Positions 19,598-29,743 of a stretch of DNA of 29,743 nucleotides are shown in pieces. A program made the translations under genes and the position numbers. Source of the stretch: Macrostomum lignano. Its lineage: Eukaryota. Numbering within the stretch: position 1 is the first letter of the stretch; each line of letters opens with the position of its first letter. The notes under the pieces are model-generated. The model was not told the origin of the DNA. It saw only the letters and a program-made list of their open reading frames with translations, and ran no database searches. The stretch is taken from assembly GCA_002269645.1 (NCBI GenBank), contig NIVC01004974.1, positions 1 to 29,743 on the forward strand, given 5' to 3'.

Positions 19598-20379
19598 TGT
19601 TGCCGGTCAGGTCCTCAGTCCACTCTCGAACTCCGAACTGAGCCGAGTCTCTTTTCTACCTGTCCTAGTCAGCCTCGGGCCAAATCAGGTCTGACTTTCA
19701 CTGACACTAGTTTCTCTTTCCCCTACTAGCCATTCAGCTTCTGTCAATGCTGCTGCTTTGTCCGCGCGAACCGTCCCACCAGCAACTGTTTGATCCGATC
19801 TGCTCTCGCATCTCTACCCCCCCCCCAAGACGACCTTGTCATTCAATCTTCCTCACTCGCGCTCTCACTCGCCGTCTGCCCCCCTTCGCTCATCGCACCC
19901 AACTATCCAGCGCTCCCGGGCTTGTCGTCCGTCCCCTTTCCCTGGAGCAACTCGGAGCACTCCTCACCTCCCCTTTCAGCTCGATTCCGACAGTCTCTGC
20001 TGCCTCCTTTTTAAAAAGAAAGCAAGCCAAGCAAGCCTTTATAATCCCTTTAGGAAGGATTCGCGGAAGCCACTCGGCGTATTGCAATATTCAATCTGCT
20101 CCCCCCGGGAGAGCACACTGGCTGACTAGAAGAACTCCATACTGCTGCTACTGACTGCCGAACCAATTTACTTAGGTCGCTAAACTGCCCACAAGGAAAA
20201 TAGAAAGCGAGGAAAAGAAACAGAGCGGCAAAAGGGGAGGAGAGAGGAAGAAGAAGAGAGTCTAAAGCCAAGCCACTCTACTCGCGCAGAAGAATACCAA
20301 TCGATTTTCTGCCCGGACTCCAGTCCCCCGAAAAATCTCTCTCTCTCAGGCTCAGCTAGGGTCTCATTCCCGCCTAATC

Positions 20380-20490
20380 CCCGCCAGCCACCCCCAAGTT
20401 CCGCCCCCCCCCCCCCGGTTAAGCGTGTGTGCGGAGTGTGCCAGAAGGGCAGACCGGTTCCCCTGTTGTGTGCGCGCGGGTATAAATCCC
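20380..20490 (+). promoter_or_regulatory. Possible promoter or 5' region of the PKA regulatory subunit gene
   Basis: C-run and GC-box-like tract at 20380-20418; TATAAAT at 20481-20487; CpG-rich. The TATA is only about 30 nt from the ATG, so the region may instead be 5' UTR. Confidence 0.25.
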
Positions 20491-20511
20491 ATAGCAGCTG
20501 GTGAGAGAGCC

Positions 20512-21153
20512 ATGAGCAGCTCAGCTGACTCCAGGCCCTCTGCTGCCACTCGTCGACAGCCCCAAGTGCCGGCCGGATTTCGCGAACTCCTGCAGGACTT
20601 CGCCGTTGCCGTCCTGCGCCAATCGCCCGACGATGCTGTAGAATTTGCGATCGAATATTTCACCAGATTGCGAATAGGCCGAATGTCCAGCCAGAAACCA
20701 GTTGAAGCCTCCTTGGCGCCGCCAGCCGAGAAGGAGCAACAGGACTCGGAGACGCCGATGTCACCGAAAGACGTCGACGAAGACGAGCCGCCGATTACGG
20801 CGCCTCCGCCTCGTCGCGGCACTCGCCGGGTGGCGGTGGCCGGCGAGAGCTTCGACCCGGAGAAGGAGGACCCGGCCGATGCGGCCAGGCCCATTGTGAC
20901 GCACCCGAAGTCCGACGAGCAGCGACGTCGGCTCAACCAGGCCGTGTCTCACATTGTGCTGTTCCAGTGCCTCGACGAGGACCAGAAGCGTGACGTCATC
21001 AACGCCATGTTCGAACGGCGCAGCGAGCCTGGCGACCGGATCATCACTCAGGGCGAGGACGGCGATAATTTCTACGTGATCGAGTCCGGGGTGTACGACA
21101 TCTACGTGCTGATCGACGGGAAGGACACTAAAGTTGGGCAGTACAATAACCAG
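20512..21153 (+). CDS. PRKAR2: cAMP-dependent protein kinase type II regulatory subunit, exon 1 (214 aa): D/D domain, linker and inhibitor site, start of CNB-A
   Basis: [35 protein letters not shown] is an RII-type dimerisation/docking domain. Also [25 protein letters not shown] and [14 protein letters not shown]. Donor CAG|GTGAGG at 21154, phase 0. Confidence 0.95.
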
Positions 21154-21204
21154 GTGAGGCCTGACGTCTCAGCTGATTTACAGTGCGGGGGTTACATATA
21201 GTCT

Positions 21205-21990
<786 letters not shown>

Positions 21991-22235
21991 GTTGCGCAGT
22001 CGAGTTAGTGCCATAAATTATTCATAAACAAAACCATCATCAAATCAAATCATTAAAAATACATACTTCTATAAAGAAGTTTACAGAGCAACACAATATT
22101 TTGTGTCCAAGTCGTGTGTGATCGCACAAGCTACTGCTCGATGGCTGCGTGCCTTTAGCACCCGCCAGGCTTGAAATCGATATAGCGATATAGTGGCGCC
22201 ATGATCAAGTTGATAACCTAATGCACATCCCCCAG

Positions 22236-22826
22236 GGCTCCTTCGGCGAGCTCGCTCTGATGTACAACGCGCCACGCGCGGCCACCATTGTCTGCGCCGA
22301 GCCGGGCAGCCTGTGGGCCATGGACCGGGACACCTTCCGGCGTCTAGTGCTGAAGAAGGCCTTCCAGAAGCGCGTCATGTACGAGACTCTGCTGGAATCG
22401 GTGCCCCTGCTCAAGCAGCTCGCTCCGTACGAGCGGATGAGCGTAGCGGACGCTCTTAAATCGAAAAGCTGCGCCGACGGCGAGAGAATCATCGCCCAAG
22501 GTGAACTTGGCAACGAGATGTTCTTCGTTGAAGATGGCGAAGTTCGAATCACTTGCCGTCGCGGGGACGGCGGCGAGGAGGTGGAGATCTCGCGGCTTGG
22601 CAAAGGCGGCTACTTCGGCGAGCTGGCCCTGCTGACTAAACAGCCTCGAGCCGCCAGCGTCTACGCCTGCGGCGGTCGATGCAAAGTCGCCGTGCTGGAC
22701 GTTGGTTCGTTCGAACGCCTGCTCGGGCCGTGCCTGGACATCATGCGGCGGTCAATCGACACCTACCAGCAGCAGCTCGCCACCATATTTGGCAGCCTGG
22801 AGTCTGTCCCGGACCTGAGAGACTGA
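22236..22826 (+). CDS. PRKAR2: PKA type II regulatory subunit, exon 2 (196 aa plus stop): phosphate-binding cassette A and CNB-B
   Basis: Acceptor catcccccAG at 22234-22235. GSFGELALMYNAPRAATI, YFGELALLTKQPRAASVYA and FERLLGPCLDIMRRSIDTYQQQL keep both cAMP cassettes (Glu and Arg) and the RII-type C-terminal Tyr. Confidence 0.96.
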   Translation, partial: GSFGELALMYNAPRAATIVCAEPGSLWAMDRDTFRRLVLKKAFQKRVMYETLLESVPLLKQLAPYERMSVADALKSKSCADGERIIAQGELGNEMFFVEDGEVRITCRRGDGGEEVEISRLGKGGYFGELALLTKQPRAASVYACGGRCKVAVLDVGSFERLLGPCLDIMRRSIDTYQQQLATIFGSLESVPDLRD

Positions 22827-23445
22827 CCAGTCTCAGGGAGTTATGAAGATAGCTCCAGACTCAATTGATATAGCAGACTGTGGATGCCGATGAAACTGTT
22901 TCTGTTGTTCGCTTGCAACAGCCTATAAGATATTTTCAAGGTTCCGCCGTACTCGACTTATAGTTCGATACTCCGTTACTTTATTGGTCCCACCGTACTA
23001 AAATTGACAGTAACTAAAATTACAGTTTCTCAGTAGAAGTAATGATGTGCTCTATTTTATTTCTTAGCTAAACCCTTATTCGTTAATTAATTAAAGTTCT
23101 TCAAGTAGGACATCACCTAAGCAGTCAGGTAAATTGGCTTCTTTCTCAGTTGTACCGCAATGTTAGGTTCTGTTTTTTTGTTTCCATAATGCTCGCTTTA
23201 GTTAATAACATCTTTCATGTTATAATTCTCTTTGAGTCTCATCATTTTTATCAAGTAGTTCCTATGCATAGCCTGGAAAATATGATTTTGAGTTTGCACT
23301 GGCTGGTTTCGGGTTCCTTCAATGCTGGTGTTTCTGAAGTCCCCCTGTCTTTTATTCTTACTCGCTGTGTTTTTTTACTTTTTTAAGTCACTACTCAAGC
23401 TTAACTAGTCACTAATTGTATACTCGTGCTTTATAAAGTTAATTT

Positions 23446-23659
23446 GGGGTTGTAGCCTAGTGGTTAGAGCGTCGGACTCACGACTGAAAGGTCGAGGGTT
23501 CGATTCTCGACCCGCTTCAGTTCACCCAGCTGTTAGCTGGGGTAACTGAGGGTGTCTGTGGCGACCCCCAGTCCTTACAGCCGTACGCAGCCTTCAGATG
23601 CGCCGCGCAATAGCTGTGTCGGTTGCACATCTACCCATTAGGGCAGGTGTGCGTAATCA

Positions 23660-23692
<33 letters not shown>
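23446..23692 (+). mobile_element. tRNA-derived SINE, copy 2, with (TTA)n tail
   Basis: A box TAGCCTAGTGG and B box GGTTCGATTC; body matches copy 1; ends in GTAATCAA(TTA)n. Confidence 0.88.
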
Positions 23693-23693
<1 letters not shown>

Positions 23694-24109
23694 CAAGTAG
23701 AATTTGTGATTCGTCCGCGCTGATCTGATTTGCACTGTGCAATTTCCATCGATCGTCTTGCCTGCACCGTCTCTTTAGGCAGTGAAGAAGAAGTCAGCTG
23801 TTGCTTTGAAAACAAAAGCATGATAAAATAATAAAAGTGCTAAGTTCATCGTTTAAAGATGAAATGCTTCGCTAAAATACTGTTTTTCACTGTTTGAATT
23901 TTGTTTGAATATAACGATATTAAGGAGCTCCTACTAAATAAACTCAAATGTGTCATTTCTACTCAATGTCTACCCTTTAAATTGATCAATCTACCAATGA
24001 TGTACTCCAATTCTACACATTGTCTACTAGTAACAATCAGCCTACATATTCTATACTCCCACCTATACATATCGATTATATTCTATATAGATTATTTTAC
24101 AGCTAGTAT

Positions 24110-24530
24110 TTTCAGTCTATACAGTGTCTACTCTCAGTCTATCCAGTGTCTACTCTCAGTCTGTCCAGTGTCTACTCTCAGTCTATCCAGTGTCTACCCT
24201 CAGTCTATCCAGTGTCTACCCTCAGTCTATCCAGTGTCTACTCTCAGTCTATCCAGTGTCTACCCTCAGTCTATCCAGTGTCTACCCTCAGTCTATCCAG
24301 TGTCTACCCTCAGTCTATCCAGTGTCTACTCTAGTCTTCCCATTGTCTACTCTCAGTCTGCCCATTGTCTACTCTCAGTCTGCCCATTGTCTAGTCCCAG
24401 ACTACCCATTGTCTACTCTCAGTCTGCCCATTGTCTACTGTCAGTCTACCCATTTTCTACTCTCAGTCTACTCTCAGTCTATCCATTGTCTACTCCCAGT
24501 CTAGCCATTATCTACACTTAGTCTACTCAT
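24110..24530 (+). repeat. 22-bp minisatellite (GTGTCTACYCTCAGTCTATCCA) grading into ...CTGCCCATTGTCTACTCTCAGT
   Basis: Tandem units with degenerate edges. Confidence 0.93.
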
Positions 24531-25034
24531 TGTTTACTCGCAGCCTACACCTAAACGTGATTTTCTCCTTCTGCCGGTCCCATAGAAAGCGAGAATTGCT
24601 CAAATTGAGGAAATTTGCATTCGCTATGCTTGTCCCCGTCGTCAGTCTGTCTCAGCCTTTTCTTCAGTTCAGCGACTCCCTTTTCATTTTCATTTCGCTT
24701 TTCCCGCAGCTCTGCAGTACAAACCCATCGATTATATTGCAGTTTTCAGCAAGCAAGAGCTGAACAAATAGAAAGAGCTCTGGGGCTCTTGTAAAATAGG
24801 GTAAAGAGCCGAAACGATGGGAAAAGTCGGTTGTTCGGGGCTTCTTTAGTGCAGTGCTCTGCTAAATATTACTCTTTGTGTTCTGCGACTGTTGCTCAGT
24901 GTTTGCCTGTGAAAGGCAGGCTTTCGGTCTTGGAGAAAACTGCAAAAATACCAACTCAATTCAGACTGTTATTATTTGGTTTTTTGCAGGTAATAACTGG
25001 CTCGATGTGTGTTTTTCTAACTCACTACAGTTCC

Positions 25035-26290
25035 ATTCCTCTCTCCCTTCCTCCCTTCCTTCCTCCCTCCCTTCCTCTCTCCCTTCCTCTCTCCCTTCCT
25101 CTCTCCCTTCCTCTCTCCTTCCTCTCTCCCTTCCTCTCTCCCTTCCTCTCTCCCTTCCTCTCTCCCTTCCTCTCTCCCTTCCTCTCTCCCTTCCTCTCTC
25201 CCTTCCTCTCTCCCTTCCTCTCTCCCTTCCTCTCTCCCTTCCTCTCTCCCTTCCTCTCTCCCTTCCTTTCTCCTTTCCTTTCTCCCTTCCTCTCTCCCTT
25301 TCTCTCTCCCTTCTTCTCTCCCTTCTTTCTCCTTTCCTCTCTTCCTTCCTCCCTTCCTTCCTCCCTCCCTTCCTCTCTCCCTTCCTCCCTTCCTTCCTTC
25401 CTCCCTCCCTCCCTCCCTTACTCTCTCCCTTTCTCTCTCCCTCCTTCTCTCCCTTCCTCTCCCCTTCCTCTCTCCCTTCCTCTCTCCCTTTTTCTATCCT
25501 TTCTTTTCTTCCTTCCTCTTTTCCTTCCTCTCTCCCTTCCTCTCTCCCTTTCTCTCTCCCTTCTTCTCTCCCTTTCTCTCTCCCTTCTTCTCTCCCTTCT
25601 TTCTCCTTTCCTCTCTTCCTTCCTCCCTTCCTTCCTCCCTCCCTTCCTCTCTCCCTTCCTCCCTTCCTTCCTTCCTCCCTCCCTCCCTCCCTTACTCTCT
25701 CCCTTTCTCTCTCCCTCCTTCTCTCCCTTCCTCTCCCCTTCCTCTCTCCCTTCCTCTCTCCCTTTTTCTATCCTTTCTTTTCTTCCTTCCTCTTTTCCTT
25801 CCTCTCTCCTTCCTCTCTCCCTTTCTCTCTCCCTTTCTCTCTCCCTTCTTCTCTCCCTTTCTCTCTCTCCCTTCTTCTCTCCCTTCTTTCTCCTTTCCTC
25901 TCTTCCTTCCTCCCTTCCTTCCTCCCTCCCTTTCTCTCTCCCTTCTTCTCTCCCTTCTTTCTCCTTTCCTCTCTTCCTTCCTCTCTCCCTTCCTCTCTCC
26001 CTTTCTCTCTCCCTTCTTCTCTCCCTTCTTTCTCCTTTCCTCTCTTCCTTCCTCCCTTCCTTCCTCCCTCCCTTCCTCTCTCCCTTCCTCCCTTCCTTCC
26101 TTCCTCCCTCCCTCCCTCCCTTACTCTCTCCCTTTCTCTCTCCCTCCTTCTCTCTCTTCCTCTCCCCTTCCTCTCTCCCTTCCTCTCTCCCTTTCTCTAT
26201 CCTTTCTTTTCTTCCTTCCTCTTTTCCTTCCTCTCTCCCCCTTCCGCAGTCCCTTCCTCTCTTAACTCTCCTATCTTCCTATCTTTACCT
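25035..26290 (+). repeat. Polypyrimidine satellite based on a 12-bp CCTTCCTCTCTC unit
   Basis: Almost purine-free; the marker words CCTTACTC and CTATCCTTTC each recur about 430 bp apart, indicating block duplication. Confidence 0.95.
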
Positions 26291-27139
26291 CTCACTTGTT
26301 TACTTGAACCCTCGCTGAATTCCGTCGCAGCCCCTGCCTGCGAGCTCACACAAAAACAACAGCCTGCATGTCATCCTCCATCCCTTCGTCTCTCGTCCCG
26401 CGTCTCCTTCGGTCAGGCCGAATTCGCTAATGAGGAGGAGATCAGGGAGCGGCCGGGAGCCCCGGGGCTGCAAAGAAGCAGCGGAGTTGGGCCGCCTGTG
26501 CAATTTGCTACTCAAAGAGAAAGTCCCAGCTTGCCGAGAGCGCGGCCTGAAACTGGGGAAGCTGGGTTGTAATTTTCCCAAATATGCCGCTCGCGAAATT
26601 CGCATCCTGTCTTTTTTTACCTATAGATACTCGTATTTTTTAAGGAAGTCAATGCTGGGGCGGGCGCATCAGTTCCCGCTCCTCTACATTTTTGTCCCCT
26701 CGGGGCAGGGATGCCGAAACGCAAGCTTCACGCGTCCTGTGCAGCGCTCAGCCAAAGAAAACGAGCCAGTGTGCCGAATAGTCAGAGTCCGTTGAATGTT
26801 TAGCATTTTTCTGCTTTTGATTAATATAATGCAGGTGCATAGAAATGACTGCTTTGTGAATAATTGGATTGAAATTCTTAAATACGTTGTCGAACTGAAG
26901 AAATCTAAGTGACATTCAGAATAATGCATGATTAATTATTAGAGAAAAAGAGAAAATTTCATGAGAGTTCATCTGTTTACGTGACTTGAGACATAAATAA
27001 AATCTTACTAGTACTACTTACAGTAGAGTGATAAAAGCTTGCTAAATTTTGTATACTTTTTATGAGAGTTGGGCAACTACAGAACTCTTTTAGAAATACG
27101 AGCGTACAAAGAAATATACCATCCATCTCATGCACTCTC

Positions 27140-28300
27140 CTCTCCACACACCGTCTCTCTTCTCTCCTCTGCCTTCCCCTCTCCCCTCTCTACACCCTCT
27201 CCCTTCCTCTCCTCTCACCTCACCTCACCTCCTCTCCTCTCCTCTCCTCTCCTCTCACCTCACCTCACCTCCTCTCTCCTCCTCTCCTCTCACCTCACTC
27301 ACCTCACCTCACCTCCTCTCTCTCCTCTCCTCTCACCTCACCTCACCTCCTCTCCTCTCCTCTCCTCTCCTCTCCTCTCACCTCACCTCCTCTCCTCTCC
27401 TCTCCTTTCCCCTGCTCTCCTCTCCTCTGCTTCCTCTCCTCTCCTCTCCTCTCCTCTCCTTTCCTTTTCTCTGCTCTCCTCTCCTCTACTCTCCTCTCAC
27501 CTCACCTCCTCTCCTCTCCTCTCCTCTCACCTCACCTCACCTCACCTCCTCTCCTCTCCTCTCCTCTCACCTCACCTCACCTCCTCTCCTCTCCTTTCCC
27601 TGCTCTCCTCTCCTCTGCTTCCTCTCCTCTCCTCTCCTCTCCTCTCACCTCACCTCACCTCACCTCCTCTCCTCTCCTCTCCTCTCACCTCACCTCACCT
27701 CACCTCCTCTCCTCTCCTTTCCCCTGCTCTCCTCTCCTCTGCTTCCTCTCCTCTCCTCTCCTCTCCTCTCACCTCACCTCACCTCACCTCACCTCCTCTC
27801 CTCTCCTCTCCTCTCACCTCACCTCACCTCCTCTCCTCTCCTTTCCCCTGCTCTCCTCTCCTCTGCTTCCTCTCCTCTCCTCTCCTCTCCTCTCACCTCA
27901 CCTCACCTCACCTCCTCTCCTCTCCTCTCCTCTCACCTCACCTCACCTCACCTCCTCTCCTCTCCTTTCCCCTGCTCTCCTCTCCTCTGCTTCCTCTCCT
28001 CTCCTCTCTCCTCTCCTCTCCTCTCCTCTCCTTCCTTTCTCTGCTCTCCTCTCCTCTACTCTCCTCTCCTCTCACCTCCTCTCCTCTGCTTCCTCTCCTC
28101 TCCTCTCCTCTCCTCTCCTCTCCTCTCCTTTCCTTCCCCTGCTCTCCTCTCCTTCCTCTCCTCTCCTCTCCTCTCCTCTCCTCTACTCTCCTCTCTCTCA
28201 CCTCCTCTCCTCTGCTTCCTCTCTCTCCTCTCCTCTCCTCTCCTCTCCTCTCCTCTCCTTTCCTTCCCCTGCTCTCCTCTCCTCTTACTCTCCTCTCTGT
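27140..28300 (+). repeat. (CTCCT)n/(CTCAC)n pentamer satellite
   Basis: Pentamer units punctuated by TTTCCCCTG and CTGCTTC. Confidence 0.95.
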
Positions 28301-29044
28301 TTAGTTTTTGCCTTGGCTCTCTTATCACTTTTGCACCGAAGCAATTATTAAGAAGATATTAAAATGCATTTATTAAAATGCATTTATTAACTTCCCAGGC
28401 ACACTGACTGATACAATGCCTGCACTGGACAAAGGCCTTAGCTCTATCAAAAGATTTAACGTAGCTTACTATAATTTTTAATAAACCACACTTCAACTAT
28501 CATTGTGCCTGCCTAATATTTTGCGCAGGCTATGAACAGCATGCGGCTTCTCAGATTGGTATGGATCTATCCACCTCAATAGCCATCAATGCTCCATTCA
28601 AAGCTTCTCTGTCTCCCACTCTTCCATTTTCTGCCTTAGAGCTGACAGCTTTGGGCCTGTTTTTTCAAAAAAGAGATGAATAAAACCCCGCATTCATATC
28701 GGAGTCCAGACTCCAAGCGGTTTTGCTGCGCTGAGAATATAATGGAGTAGAGGAGATGCAGTTTCTAATAAGCAGGCAAAACTCTATCCAAGGACATCTG
28801 ACAAAATCTGGACTAGTAGCTCGTAGAAGTCTGTACCCCAACGCTAAGTCTTGCCAAATTTGCCCACACAAGAGGAATTGACGAAATTAGAGGGACACCT
28901 TCACTGATTATGAACTACTTCAAAACGACGCATGACCCCTACTTTAGCGTCTAATGTAATTGTACCGTAGAAAAAATTCTAAACCGTTTATAACAAGTTG
29001 AAAAGTTTCGAATATAAAGTCACTGCAATGCTGTTTTTTACCGT

Positions 29045-29535
29045 CTTCTCCTCTCTTCTCTTCTCCTCTCGTCTGCTCTCCTTTCCTCTCGTCTGCTCTG
29101 CTCTCCTCTCCTCTCCTCTACTCTCCTCTCACCGCACCTCCTCTCCTCTGCTCCTCTCCTCTCCTCTCTTCTCCTCTCCTCTCCTTTCCCCTGCTCTCCT
29201 CTCCTCTGCTTCCTCTCCTCTCCTCTCCTCTCCTCTCCTCTCTTCTCCTCTCCTCTCCTTTCCCCTGCTCTCCTCTCCTCTGCTTCCTCTCCTCTCCTCT
29301 CCTCTCCTCTCCTCTTCTCTCTTCTCCTCTCCTCTCCTTTCCTTTCCCTGCTCTCTCTCCTCTCCTCTCCTCTCCTCTCCTCTCTCTCTCATCCATTCAT
29401 CCACTCATTTAATACCATTTCCTATCATCGTCTCATTTTATTTTATCGCATCTAATCTAATTTAATCTCATCTCATCTCATTTATCGCATCTCATCTCAT
29501 CTCATCTCATCTCATCTCATCTCATCTACTCATTT
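29045..29535 (+). repeat. (CTCCT)n tract (to about 29390) followed by (ATCTC)n (about 29460-29535)
   Basis: Same pentamer family and punctuation motifs as the 27140-28300 array. Confidence 0.92.
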
Positions 29536-29743
29536 CGTTTCATTCCCTCTCTCTTTCATTCTTTTCTATTCTATCTTTTTATCTCATCTAATCTTTCTTC
29601 GTCGCATGTCATCTCCTCTTTTATTGCGCAGGATTTTTATGTGGGTACAGGTCTACTTCCAGTCCAGATAATTCAGATGTCCCCGGCAAAAGCCACACTG
29701 CACTGCTCTTTCATCTAGCTAGTCTCTCTCTCTCTCTTTCTCC

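Overview
Eukaryotic (animal) genomic DNA, about half of it tandem or low-complexity repeat, with three spliced protein-coding genes on the + strand. (1) The 3' part of an unidentified low-complexity gene (acidic, RGG, poly-Q and Cys/His segments; exons about 743-4206). (2) A complete three-exon RCL1 (RNA 3'-terminal phosphate cyclase-like, about 380 aa; 8054-12778). (3) A complete two-exon type II PKA regulatory subunit (about 410 aa; 20512-22826) whose inhibitor site reads RRVAV instead of the phosphorylatable RRxS. Nearly every long intron and intergenic gap holds its own tandem array, many with 20-22 or 42 bp periods. Mobile elements: a 217-bp hAT-type MITE, two copies of a tRNA-derived SINE, and a decayed non-LTR retrotransposon 3' end. 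The GC/CpG-rich exons embedded in minisatellite-filled introns are reminiscent of an invertebrate such as the flatworm Macrostomum, but that is an impression only. No prokaryotic operon, CRISPR array or clearly new multi-gene system is supported. The best leads are the pseudosubstrate RII, the alternative C-termini and frame conflict in gene 1, the hairpin-seeded satellite and a possible SINE/LINE tail match. All alignments were done by eye.
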